A DNA stretch of 64,000 nt from Anolis carolinensis (lineage: Eukaryota): assembly GCF_035594765.1 (NCBI RefSeq), contig NC_085842.1, positions 4,339,256 to 4,403,255 on the forward strand, written 5' to 3'. Below, piece after piece: positions 24,350-36,538 of this stretch. The notes below the pieces were generated by a model. That model did not search any database. It saw only the letters and a list, made by a program, of their open reading frames with translations, and was not told the DNA's origin. The translations under genes and the position numbers were made by a program. Numbering within the stretch: the stretch's first letter is position 1; each line of letters starts with the position of its first letter.

Positions 24350-25578
24350 TTCATAGAATCCTAGAACAATAAGTTGGAAGAGTCCCCATGGGCCATCTAG
24401 TCCAACGCTCTGCCATGTCAGAAAAGCACAAAGTATCCCTGACAGATGGCCATACAGCCTCTGTTTAAAAGCCTCTCCACCACACTCCGAGGCAGAGAGT
24501 TCCACCGCTGAACAGCTCTTCTTGTGGTCAGGAAGTTCTTCCTAATGTTCAGGTGGAATCTCCTCTTCTGTCATTTGAACCCATGGCTCCGAGTCCTAAT
24601 CTCCAGGGCAGCAGAAAACAGGCTTCCTCCCTCCTCCCTCTGACTTCCCCTCACATATTTCTATATGTCTCTCATGTCACCTCTCAACCTTCTCTTCTGC
24701 AGGCTAAACAAACCCAGCTCTTTAAGACACTCCTCATAGGGATTCCTGGACGATCTAAAGACCTTTGATCATTTTAGTTGCCCTCCTCTGGACACCTTCC
24801 AGCTTGTCAGTATATCTCTTAAGCTACGAGGCCCAGAATTGGACACAATATTCCAGGTGAGATACTGGTCAAATGACATTTTAGAAAAGCCTTAAAAACA
24901 TGGCTATGTGCTCAGGCTTTTAACGAATAAACAACAAAGAAGACCCAGACTGATGTATGGATAAAGCATGAGGATATTGGATGAACGGATTTTAACCATA
25001 TGTTTTATATTTTATACTGTATTCAATTGTTTGTAATAGATTTTATATGCTGTTTGATTTTAATGATGTGTCGGCATCGAATTGTTGCCAGTTGTACGCC
25101 GCCCTGAGTCCCTTCGGGTGAGAAGGGCGAGACAGAAATATTGGAAATAAATAAATAAATAAAATTTAGTATAATGCCAAATTGTTGTTTTTAAAACTTT
25201 GTGTTTTCAAATACATTACAACTTGTACCCTGGGTTTGCTTCTGACACGATAAATAAATCCAGGTGAGGTCTAACCAAAGCAGAATAGAGAGGCACCATG
25301 ACTTCCTTCGATCTAGACACTTCAGATGCAACCCAAAATCGCATTGGCCTTTTTAGCTGTTGGCTCATGTTCACCTTGTTCTCCCTGAAGACTCCAAGAT
25401 CTTTCTCACATGGACTGTTGGGGAGCCAGGCGTCACCCGTTCTGTATCTTTGCGCTTCTTTTTTTCTGCCTAAGCATCATATCCTACATTTGTCCTTGTT
25501 GAAATTCATGTTGTTAGTTTTGGCCAATCAGCTCTCTAACCTATTACAGTCATTTTGAATTCTGATCCTGTCCTCTTG
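24350..25578 (-). mobile_element. CR1 LINE 3' fragment, interrupted by an L2/Vingi-tail insertion (~24862-25258)
   Basis: Similar to 57069-57915. The insertion is flanked by a duplicated tccaggtgag. Confidence 0.75.
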
Positions 25579-26589
25579 ACAGCGCTCCCTCCTATAGATA
25601 TCGAATCTAGACCACAATAATTTGGGGATCCTGCCTGGCAAGGAATGCTAGCAATTAATTAAGTTCCGAGATTAGAATTAACTCAGCAAAGGCAGTTGAA
25701 GACACAAGACATACGTAGATTTATTCATCCATGGCTGGAGACCTGTGGACCCATGCCCAAGAGATAAGTTGGGCCACATGTTCTCCTGCAAAGAGCTAAA
25801 TAGAGTCTATTTCACTTTTACTGTTTGAATCCTCCCTCCCTTGCCCGGAATTGGCTGAGCCTTCAATGAAATCTCAGTGGAGACAAGGCTCTGGGGGTGG
25901 GGAGGAGTTCACAGAGGGGAGGTTTGGAGGATGTTATGACTATGGGATCCACATCCCTGAGAACAATGGAGGGTCTGTTCAGGAGGAAGCTTGACTTGAC
26001 AAACCAGTTTAGAGAGTATATGAATGTCTCTCACCCTTGGTAGACAAAAGGCATTGGGGTTCCTTTGTGAGTTGTTTAACATGGATTCCAGTACCTTTAC
26101 CACATGTTCATTTCTGCTATAAATATGTATATAAGGTAAAGGTTCCCCCCTGACTTAATCCAGTTGTGTCCAACTCTGGGGGTTGGTGCTCATCTCCATT
26201 TCTAAGCCAAAGAGCCGGCGTTGTCCGTAGACACCTCCAAGGGCATGTGGCCACTGGCATGACTGCATGGAGAACCATTACCTTCCCACTGGAGCGGTAT
26301 CTATTGATCTACTCACATTTGTATGTTTTCAAACTGGTAGGTTGGCAGATGCTGGGGCTAACAGTGGGCACTCATTCTGCTCACCGGATTCGAACCTGCA
26401 ACCTTTTGGTCCGCAAGTTCAGCAGCTCAGCGCTTTGACACACTGCGCCACCGAGGGTCCCATATATACTGTATATATATATAATCATCCTATATATAGT
26501 CATCCCAGTCATCCGCAAACCCAATCAACAATTGGGCCATACATTTTACAGAAAACCCACATACACGGATAGATCTACATAAAAATTCC

Positions 26590-27385
26590 AACCGTCATTT
26601 AAGTAAAAAAAAAAAAAGCACAATTAAATCCCTGGCAGACTGTGTGAAAAAAATCTGTGAAGCCCAACTCCTCCAAGAGGGACTGAATCACCTCAACTGG
26701 ACTCTCCAGGCCAATGGAGACTCCACCACAGACATCAGAAGAGCTGCAAGGCCAAGAACAAGACAGGAAGAGTCAAGACAAAGATCCACCCAGACGAAAA
26801 GGGTTCTCACCATATATCAAGGGAACCACTGACCGCAGAGGAAAGCTGATGAAGAAACACAACCTACAAACTATCTACAGACCAACGAAGAAAATCCAAC
26901 CAATGCTGCGTTCAGTGAAGGACAAGAGGGATCCTCTCACCTCTGCAGGAGTCTACTGTATACCATGTATCTGTGGACAAGTCTACAGAGGGATAATCAA
27001 ACACAGCACTGCCCAAACTTGAATCAAGGAACGTGAAAGGAACGGCAGACGTAAGTCAACCAGAGAAGTCAGCCATAGCAGAGCACCTGATGGACCAACC
27101 TGGACACAGGATATTATTTGAGAACACAGAAATGCTGGACCACTCCAACAACTACCATGCCAGACTACACAGAGAAGCCATTGAAATCCACAAGCATGTG
27201 GGCAATTTCAACAGAAAGGAGGAAACCATGAAAATGAACACAATCTGGCTATGAGTATTAAAAAAACTATTAACATCAGGACAGCAAAAAAAGAACAACA
27301 CTTTGAAAACAGAGGAATTCCAGACATGAATCAATCAGGGCCAGCTAATACCTCCCAACAAAGGATTCCCAGGCAGGAAGGTGCA
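26590..27385 (+). mobile_element. Penelope-like element 3' part (GIY-YIG region), degenerate
   Basis: PYIKGTTDR, AGVYCIPCICGQVY.G, KSAIAEH and HREAIEIHKH..NFNR motifs. Confidence 0.8.
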
Positions 27386-27499
27386 AGGCCTTGCTGAAAT
27401 CAAGATATGCTAGATCAGGCCTGGGCCAACGTGGGCCCTCCAGGCGTTTTGGACTCCAACTCCCACAATTCCTAACGCCTGGAGGGTGTTAATTCAGGC

Positions 27500-28625
27500 C
27501 TGGGCCAACTCCAGGTGTTTTGGACTTCAACTCCCACAATGCCTTGTACTTTCCTCCTCCTCCTCCTCCCTTCTTCCTCCCACCAAGTAAACAAGCTCCT
27601 CCCAGGCACTTTCCGGAAGTGACGTCAGAGGAAATTGCGTCACTCTCTTTCTCCATTAGCATTCCCTACCTCTCTAGGAAGCTGAGCTCGCATTTGGAGG
27701 ACTCAGGTGGGACCCAAAGGCGCTTCTTCTTTTTCTTCCTCTATTTTCCTGCAAAGGTAAGCCTTGAGGAGGGTAGGAGAGTTAGAAAGGGAATAAATAC
27801 AAATCCCAACGGGCGAGGGAATGAGGTAAACTGTGAGGCCCTGATGTCACGTGATTGGGCCGCGTCGGGGAGGGGTTGAGCCAATGGGACGCTGATTGGT
27901 AGGACTCCTCTTCGGATTTGAATACGGCCCCTGATTGGCTGTTGCTGTGGCGACGCCAGGGCGGTGCTCCGGCCTGTTTTATGCCCAGTCAGGGAAGGAG
28001 GGGGCGCGCTGAGTAAATGCGAACGTTGAGCGCGAGCGCTGATTGGTGGGACGCCTCTTTAGATTTGAATACGGCTCCTGATTGGCTGTTGCTCTGGCGA
28101 CGGCAGGGCGGTCCTCTTGCCTGTTTAATGCCCCGTCAGAGTAGACGCAGGAAGGAGGGGGCGTGCGCTGAGTATACTGAACGTTCAGCGTGAGCGCTGA
28201 TTGGTTGGGACTCATGTCTGGATTTGAATACGGCTCCTGATTGGCTGTTGCTCTGGCGACGGCAGGGCGGTCCTCTTGCCTGTTTAATGCCCCGTCAGAG
28301 TAGACGCAGGAAGGAGGGGGCGTGCGCTGAGTATACTGAACGTTCAGCGTGAGCGCTGATTGGTTGGGACTCATGTCTGGATTTGAATACGGCTCCTGAT
28401 TGGCTGTTGCTCTGGAGACGGCAAGGAGGTGCGCGTTCCCGTTTTGTGCCCAGTCAGGAAAGACGCGGGAGGGAGGTGGCGAGCGCTGATTGGTGGGACG
28501 CCCGTTGAATTTTGAATACGGCTCCCGATTGGCTATTGCTGTGGAAACGTCAGGGCGGAAGGAGGAAGAGGGTTGCGAGCGCCCTTAGTCACGTGTAGGG
28601 AAGCCGAGTGGAAGGGAAAAGGTGA
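27500..28625. promoter_or_regulatory. CpG-island promoter between divergent ZNF-A and ZNF-B
   Basis: CpG-dense. ETS-CRE CCGGAAGTGACGTCA at 27613-27627, E-boxes GTCACGTG at ~27846 and ~28588, more than 10 CCAAT boxes, plus-strand donors aag|gtaagc (27757) and aag|gtgagt (28622). Confidence 0.8.
27891..28560. repeat. Five tandem copies (about 130-159 bp; last copy partial) of a CCAAT / ATTTGAAT / CCAAT / X-box-like module
   Basis: Units start gctgattgg at 27891, 28038, 28196, 28355 and 28485. The central units are nearly identical. Confidence 0.9.
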
Positions 28626-29111
28626 GTTGCAATCCTTATCTCACTTATCCGAGCTTCACTTATCCAATGTTCTGTATTATCCAAGGCAGTCTGCTTTTTA
28701 GTAGTCATGGGTTTTGTAGTCAATGTTGCAATGTTTTGGTGCTAAATTCGTAAATACAGTAATTAATACATAACATGACTGTGTATTGACATGCTTTTCC
28801 TGTCAATTTCTTGTAAAACATGATGTTTTGGTGCTTAATTTGTAAAATCATAATGTAATTTTATGTTTAATAGGCTTTTTTCTTAATCCCTCCTTATTAT
28901 CCAAGATTTTCGCTTATCAAATGTTCTGCCAGCAACGTTATGGAGTAATTACTGTATATACGATTTTAGCACCAAAACATTGCCGTGTATTGAAAACATT
29001 GACTACAAAAAGACAGACTGCATTGGATAATACAGAACATTGGATGAGCAAAGATTGGATAAGTGAGACTCTACTGTAATATTACTAATAATATTGCAGT
29101 ATGGCAGTATA

Positions 29112-29342
29112 TTTATTTATTTATTTATTTACAGCATTTATATTCCGCCCTTCTCACCCCGAAGGGGACTCAGGGCGGATCACATTACACATATAGGCAA
29201 ACATTCAGTGCCTTTTAACATAGAACAAAGACAAACAAACATAGGCTCCGAGCGGGGCTCGAACTCATGACCTCCTGGTCAGAGTGATTCATTGCAGTTA
29301 ATTGCACTGGCTTGCTCTCCCGCCTGCGCCAAGCCCGGGCTG
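29112..29342 (-). mobile_element. tRNA-derived SINE with an L2-type tail
   Basis: Head similar to 38530-38610 (cactctgacca.gaggtcatgagttcgag), plus ctgagtccccttcggggtgagaagggcgg and an (aaat)n tail. Confidence 0.6.
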
Positions 29343-29446
29343 TGTATAGTTATACGAAATACTAATATTGTGCTAGGCTAATCATATAATCTATTGTATA
29401 TACATATAATATTGATAATATTACAATGTGGTACAGTATGATACTA

Positions 29447-30222
29447 CAAGGGTTGAATGAAAAGTAATGCCTCCACCTTCGTAACTCTTCAACAGATGGC
29501 GTCACTGGTCTGTGGCAGGTACTGGCTTGTTCAGTAGACTCTCCTCTACAGTTCCGTTTCGCGGGAAGCCTTAGCATTGAAAGGTTGTGTTGTTAAAGTG
29601 CAAAGTATGGAACCCTGTGCAGACGGTCGGTCAATGCGATTTAAGCAACGTGCAGTCATTGAATTCTTGACAGCAGAAGGTGTCACCCCAAAGGAGATTC
29701 ATCAGAGAATGCAAGCTGTTTATGGTGATTGTGTTGATGTGAGTCTTGTGCGTCGTTGGGTGAGTAAGTTGGAAGATGTTGAGGTGGGAACATCTGACTT
29801 GCATGACAAACAAAGAGTTGGAGGTCCTGTGGCAGCAACTACTGGGTTTCACAAGCAAAAGGTTGACAGATTGATTCAGGACGGTTGTGATATCACTCAG
29901 AGAGAAATGTCAAACATATTCGGCATTGCACAAGAATGTGTGGGTTACATTATTGCTTTGCTTGGCTATTGGAAGATTTGTGCACGATGGGTACTGTGAG
30001 AAGCTGGTTGCGGAAACAGTGTCGACTTCTTCCATGACGGCTTCAGAAAACGTGTTCATCGTTGGCAGAAATGTATCCAATTGTCTGGTGATTATGTGGA
30101 AAAGTGAATAGTGGTAGTTAAAGAGCACATTCTAAGGATTATTTCTGCGTTTGATTTATTAAAATATTCCCATCCAAACCCAAGTAACGAAGGTGGAGGC
30201 ATTACTATTCTTTCAACCCTTG
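29447..30222 (+). mobile_element. Internally deleted mariner transposon
   Basis: TA TSD and ~40-bp TIRs caagggttgaatgaaaagtaatgcctccaccttcgt. Transposase N-terminal HTH remnant QRAVIEFL..IHQRMQAVYG..VRRW..KICARWV; the catalytic domain is missing. Confidence 0.85.
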
Positions 30223-31427
30223 TACAAATATGCAACTATCAGAAAAGAAATAATAATAATAATGCCACCTCTCTTTGCAATGCAGTAATAGTGTGCATAC
30301 AATATAATAATAACTCGGCTCTCTTTGCAAAACAACAATAGTCGGTATACAATATAATATTTATTTATTTATTTATTATTTTTATTTATTATTTAAACTT
30401 ATATGCCGCCACTCCCCTAGGGCTCGGGGCTGCTTACAAGAAGGATAAAATCTAACAATTTAAAAACATCTTTAAAATATCTTTTAAAAAAATATTAACA
30501 ACACACCTCTCTTTGCAAAGCAGTTATAGTGTAGATACAATATAATAATAATAATCCAATTCTCTTTGCAAAGCAGTAATAGTATACATGTAATATAATA
30601 ATAACAATAACAACGACCCACTTCTCTTAGCAAAAGCTGAAGTAGTGTACATAAAAAATATAATAATAATAATAATCCACTTCTCTTTGCAAACATAAAA
30701 ATAGGATTAAATATAAACAGTATTTTAAAATTCCTAATTAAAACCTATCAAAACATATTCAAAGTTAAATGTTCATCTGTGCCAGGGATCCTGTTCAAAT
30801 ACACAGACGAATTCCTCTGTGCAATGCACATACCTTATTTGTAGTACAAAAAAAAACCCCATGAAAGAACAATACAATATTTAAAATGAAGAACATTTTT
30901 ACCAAAATAAATGTGCCAATATTTCAGTGGAGAGTGTGGGCCTGCTTTTGGCTGATGAGAGAGTCAAGTTAATGAGGATTGTTGTTTATGTTATGTTGTT
31001 GTTGTTGTGTTCCTTCAAGTCGTTTCAGATGTAGGGTGACCCTAAGGCTAAAGTTTAGATGATAGATTGGTAAACATGTTTTAATATGTGCATTTTATTG
31101 AGTGTTTTTAAATGATTTATGTGTTTTAGCAATGCAGAGATATATAAAACTATGATTACAATGATTTTGGAGGGCTGCATCACCACCATTAAAAGACTCA
31201 TTGGGAATGTAGCTACACTGTAGAAATAATACATTTTGACTTCACTTGGATTGCCGTGGCTCAAAGTTAGGGAATCCCCAGGAGTGGCAATTTTACAAGG
31301 CCTTTTAGCTTTCTCTGCCAAACAAGGCTGGTACCTCACCAAGCTACAAGATAACACGATTCTATAGCATTGACCTGTGTCAGTTAAAGGGGTGTCCAAA
31401 TGCGTTCATTCTGCACTGCAGATATGC

Positions 31428-31570
31428 CAGGCATGGGCCAACTTTGGCCTTCCCTCCAGGTATTTTGGACTATAACTCCCACAGTTCCTAACAGTCTGCT
31501 GGCTGTTAGGGATTGTGGGAGTTGAAGTCCAAAACACCTGGACAGAAAGCTGAAGTTGGCCAATGTCTGC
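31428..31570. mobile_element. Short hAT-type MITE
   Basis: TIRs caggcatgggccaactt / aagttggccaatgtctg. Related short elements at 27416-27540 and 37973-38095. Confidence 0.55.
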
Positions 31571-31893
31571 TCTACACTGATGACTTCGTGTAGCCTGTGA
31601 TTCAGTCCAAAGCTTCTCCATGAAATCAAGGAATCTAGAGGTCCTTCAGGAGAACTTCTGTCTGCACCACTGGATCTTCTTGGTATTTGATTCTTCGATG
31701 TTCATTGAGATTGTTCATTGTCTGAAGGAGACTGGAGGTCCTTCAGGAGAACTTCCATCCACACTGCTGGCTCTTCCTGGTCTTTGATTCTTTGATGTTC
31801 ACTGAGATTGTCCATTGTCTCCTTTTTCAGGATCTGGTGGCTGTTAAAGAGAAGCCTGAATCTTCCGCAGAAGAGGAGCCTTTATTGGGAGAC

Positions 31894-31942
31894 ATGGAGG
31901 TCGTGGAGGAGAGCTCCGAGAGTGTGGCCTCCTCAGAAAGAG
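31894..31942 (+). CDS. ZNF-B coding part of exon 31831-31942 (highly eroded KRAB-A-like exon)
   Basis: cctttttcag|GATCTGGTG...GAAAGAG|gtatcc. 112 nt, phase 0 to 1, reads DLVAVKEKPESSAEEEPLLGDMEVVEESSESVASSER. In-frame ATG in GACATGG context at 31894. Confidence 0.6.
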
Positions 31943-32029
31943 GTATCCTTTTCTTGGGCTGAAGGACAAGGTTGTCCTCATTGGGGTCCATGCACTATGG
32001 GGTTGCTAGGGAAGCAACAGAATCCCACA

Positions 32030-32560
32030 TAGGTTTGAGGAAGGTTCTCTTATGATGATAGAACCCTAGACTTAGAAGAGACCTCAAGGGTGGGAGAACA
32101 CCATCCAAGCCCTCCTGACTGATGGACATCCAGCTTCTGCTTAGAAACCTTCAAAGAAGGAAAGAGACTCCACTGGAGTCCTAGGCATCGTATTCCACTG
32201 TTGAAGAATCTCATAGGTTCGAGGAAGATTCTCTTATGATGATAGAATCCTAGACTTAGAAGAGACCCAAGGGGTGGAAGGACACCATCCAAGCCCTCTT
32301 GACTGATGGCCATCCAGCTTCTGCTTAGAAACCTTCAAAGAAGGAAAGAGACTCCACTGGAGTCCCAGGCACCGTATCCCACTATTGAAGAACCTTGACC
32401 ATCAGGAGGTTCTTCTTCATGTTGAGGTGGGATCTCCTTACCTGATGTTTGAATCCAAGGCTCTGTTGTGTCCCAGTCTCTGAAGCAACAGATAAGCAAG
32501 CTTGCCCCTTTCTCCTCTTCTTCCTCAATGGGACCTCCTTCCCAATATTTAAACATGGCT
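32030..32560 (-). mobile_element. Old CR1 3' end with a ~184-bp tandem duplication
   Basis: Two copies of atagaa.cctagacttagaagagacc..gatgg.catccagcttctgcttagaaacc. Confidence 0.6.
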
Positions 32561-33984
32561 ACTTCTCTCCTTAGATGTTGTTACACAAGGTCCAAGCTCT
32601 TTTATAATATGTTGATCGGTATCTAAACACTCTGCTGACTTACTACAGAGTCGGTGATGTATGCTTGTCAAATAGTGTGTTAAAGCACTGACCTGCTGAA
32701 CTTGCAGACCGAAAGGTCCCAGGTTCAAACCCCGGGAGCGGAGTTGAGCGCCCGCTGTTAGCTCCAGCTTCTGCCAACCTAGCAGTTCGAAAACATGCCA
32801 GTGTGAATAGATCTGGGGGGAAGGTAACGGCACTCCATGCAGTCATGCCGGCCACATGACCTTGGAGGTGTCTACGGACAACGCCGGCTCTTCGGCTTAG
32901 AAATGGAGATGAGCACCAACCCCCAGAGTCAGACATGACTGAAGTTAACGTCAGGGGAAACCTTTACCTTTTTAAATTTCTCTTTGATAGTGCTGCTCAG
33001 TCCAATTGACCACTTTGTCCTCCTTTCCCCCAACAATTCTCCAGTTAAATTTTCTGTTCTCGTTAATCCTGCCTGTTCAATTATTGGGCCTAAGGATAAT
33101 AAGGAAAGTAACGGCGCTCCGTGGAGTCATGCTGGCCACATGACCTTGGAGGTGTCTATGGACAACGCCAGCTCTTAGCTTATAATAGTAATAATAATAA
33201 TAATAGTAATAGTAATAACTTTATTTTTGTATCCTGCCTCCATCTCCCTGAAGGGACTCAGGGTGACTAACACGGAGCCAAGCCCAGATAATTACAATAA
33301 AACAACATAAAATAGATGACTAGACTTAATCTCAGGGGAAAACCTTTACCTTTACCTAAGGACATTACTAGGAGTCCCCGGTGGCACAGCGGATTAAACC
33401 ACTGAGTTGCTGAACTTGCTGACTGAAAGGTTGGTGGTTTGGATCCGGAGAGCGGGGTGAGCTCCCAATGTTAGCTCCAGCTTCTGCCAACCTAGCAGTT
33501 CAAAAACATGCAAATGTGAGTAGATCAGTAGGCTCACTCCGCTCCCTGGGTTTCGAACCTACGACCTTTCGGTCTGCAAGTTCAGCAGCTCAGCGCTTTA
33601 ACACGCTGTGCCACTAGGGGCTCCTAATTAAAACTGTATAAGATATTAAAATATAGCTCTTCAATAAATTACAATTGAATAATCATTGTCTCTGTGATGG
33701 ACACCTCCTCCCCCTGTAGAGGGACAAACCACTTGTAGTCAAGAATTCTGAGAAGTGAGTTTGCTATTCATTTGAACGCAATCTAATAAGAATTCAAAAT
33801 TAAGTAAATCAGGTCTTGCCCAATATATAGCTAATTTAGATGCAGTGGATTGTGAGTAGGAAAAGAGAATGGATTATTCAGTGAAAGAGCCTAGTCTCCA
33901 ATCAGGGTATTACCTGATATTGTGTAGTTTGTGTTTGTTTAGCAATTTCCCCGGTTTGACTGTTCTGTAAACACTTGTATGTTA

Positions 33985-34760
33985 CTAGCTGTGCCCAGCC
34001 ACGCGTTGCTGTGGCAAAGTATGGTGGTATGGGAAATAACGTATTGAGGAATTGGTGGTAGTTAAGGTAAAGGATGAAGGTTTTCCCCTGACATTGAGCC
34101 CAGTCATGTCTGACTCTGGGGGTTGGTGCTCATCTCCATTTTTAAGCCGAAGAGCCGGCGTTGTCCATAGACTCCTCTAAGGTCATGTGGGATGACTTTA
34201 TGGAGCGCCGTTACCTTCCCGCCAGAGCAGTAGCTATACATCTACTCTCATTTGCATGTTTTTGAACTTTAGGGTTGGTATAAGCTGGGGCTAACAGTGG
34301 GAGCTCTCTCCGCTCCCCTAATTCAAACCTTTCGGTCCAGAAGTTCAGCACTTCAGCGCTTTAACATGCTGCGCCATCAGGGGATATTATTTCGTAAAGG
34401 TTGTGAATATACAATATTTCTGATTTATTTTTTTTGCCTGTTGGAGATGAATGCTGCAATTAGGCAAAATTATTAGCATGTAATGGAAGGTGTTAGCTGG
34501 CCCTGATGGTTTCCTGTCTGGAATACCCTTGTTTTTAGAGTGGTGTTCTTTGCGATATTTTCTGTGCTTCTATTGTCTGTGGCCCTTAGAAAACAATTAT
34601 TCCTCTATCTCTAATTAGGACTTTATTTTTCTTTTCTTTTTGTTGTATCAACCTAGAGGCGTGGATGAGGGGTTGTGCTGTCAATTTTCGAGATTGTTGG
34701 GTGTTTAGTTTTGTTGTTTTGTTGGTCACCGGGATTCCATCACTCTTTTATATATATAGA
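33985..34760 (-). mobile_element. Non-autonomous Helitron (family A) containing a Sauria SINE and a Penelope fragment
   Basis: a|ctagctgtgcccagccacgcgttgctgtggc ... cactcttttatatatataga|t. Confidence 0.8.
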
Positions 34761-34801
34761 TTCACTTAACAGCTCCATGGACTGTAATAAAGTTTAAAGT
34801 A

Positions 34802-35846
34802 CAGTAGAGTCCCGCCAATCCGAGTTCAGCTTATCCAACACTCCGTATTATCCAAGGCAAATGTCTTTCCTCACTTGCTGTCTCTTTCACTCACTCACCC
34901 CGCCGGGTCCTGGTGCTGTCAGAACCCAGCCGGGTGAGTGAGCGATGCTGCCGGGACCCAGCGTGGCAAAGGAGCTGAGGGATGGAGGGTGGGTGAGTGA
35001 AGGAGGGGGGCAAAGGCCCTCGCTTGCTCGCTCCTTCGCCAGGCCGGGCCCCGGTGCTGCCAGAATCTGGCATGGCGAAGGAGCTTAGGGGACGGAGGGC
35101 GAGCGAATGAAGGAGGGCAGCAAAGTTGCTCGCTCACTCACCACTTCGCCAGGCTGGCCCCCATGCTGCTGGGATCCGGCGTGACAAAGGAGCTGAGGGA
35201 CGGAGGGTGGGTGAGTGAAAGAGGGTAGCAAAGGCACTCACTTGTCACTACTTCGCCAGGCTGGGCCCCTTGTTGCCGGGACCCAGCGTGGCGAAGGAGC
35301 TGAGGGACGGAGGGCGGGCAAATAAAGGAGGGCAGCAAAGGTGCTCGCTCGCTCACCACTTTGCCGGGCTGGGCCCCGTGCTGTTGGGACCTGATGTGGC
35401 GAAGGAGCTGAGGGACGGAAGGCGGGCGAGTGAAGGAGGGCAGCAAAGACACTTGTTCGCTCGCCACTTCGCAAGGCCGGGACCCGATGTGGCGAAGGAG
35501 CTGAGGCACAGAGGGCGAGCGAGTGAAGGAGGGTAGCAAAGGTGCTTGCTTACTCACCACTTCGCCAAGCTGGGCCCTGTGCTGCTGGGACCCGGCGTGG
35601 CGAAGGAGTTGAGGGACCTAGGGCGGGCGAGTGGAGGGTGGCAAAGGTCCTCCCTCACCCGCTCGCTTTCTCACTCACTCGCCCCGCCAGGTCCCGGTGC
35701 TGCCGTCGCCACTGCTGGGACCTGGCCTGGTAAGTGAACGAGCGAGCGAGGGGGGCGGGCAAGCGAGCACCCACCTTGTTACCCGGCAGTTTCACTTATC
35801 TGTCATTCTGCCCGCCAGTTTATGACGGATAAGCGAGACTCTACTG
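34802..35846. mobile_element. Family-1-related MITE filled with a GC-rich ~90-bp tandem repeat
   Basis: TA-flanked cagtagagtc...gagactctactg. About 8 units of gtggcgaaggagctgagggacggagggc.. at ~34890-35760. Confidence 0.75.
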
Positions 35847-35921
35847 TAAATGTAATTATCATAATTTGAGTTTGTTTTCCCACTTTGGTGATTTCCTCTT
35901 CCAAAACTTCCCTTCCTTCAG

Positions 35922-36538
35922 GTGATTCCAAGGAGAAGAGGAAGAAGGAGGCAACTGTCGAAAATCAAGATTGGGACCACGATGCAGCTTACATTTCCCC
36001 CGAAGGGACTTACCTGCCTCAAACCGAATCACTTGGAGGAAATCGCACAGGAAATGAAATAAGCCTGCCAAAGCTGTCTGAGTTCGAGAAGAGCATCCTC
36101 CAGCCGATCTTCCACGACAAAGGCGAGAAAGCAGCCCCCAAAGTAGAGGACGTGCACCGATGCTTGGACTGTGGCAAGACCTTCAACCTCAACTCCAAGC
36201 TGAAGCTGCACCAGAAGATCCACTCCGAGGAGAAGCCCTTCGAGTGCCCCGAGTGCGGGAGGCACTTCCGCCACAAGGGGAACCTCCAGACGCACCAGAG
36301 GATCCACGTGAAGGATAAACCCTTCCGCTGCGAGGAGTGCGGGCGCTGCTTCAGCTACAGCTGGATCCTCCAGAAGCACCTCAAGTTCCACGAAAGCAGG
36401 AGGCTCCCCGTCAAGGAGAAAGCGGCTCCATCGTGGATCGGGCCACAAAAGGATCCTTCGCTCAACGGAGAAGCAACGCAAGGAGCCGTTGCTTCCAACG
36501 CTGAAGCAGAAGAGTTGACGCAGGTGTCGACTGATTGA
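35922..36538 (+). CDS. ZNF-B terminal exon: spacer, 3 C2H2 fingers and a C-terminal tail
   Basis: Acceptor cttcccttccttcag|GTGAT (phase 1). Fingers CLDC..HQKIH, CPEC..HQRIH and CEEC..HLKFH. Confidence 0.85.

Noticed and set aside
25620-26105. Possible solo LTRs here and at 19804-20090, 21840-22230 and 39170-39630
   Set aside because: LTR-like composition, but matching TG..CA termini with a TSD could not be established.
27979-28374. 131-aa ORF with internal repeats
   Set aside because: By-product of the 159-bp (multiple of 3) promoter repeat; no coding signature.
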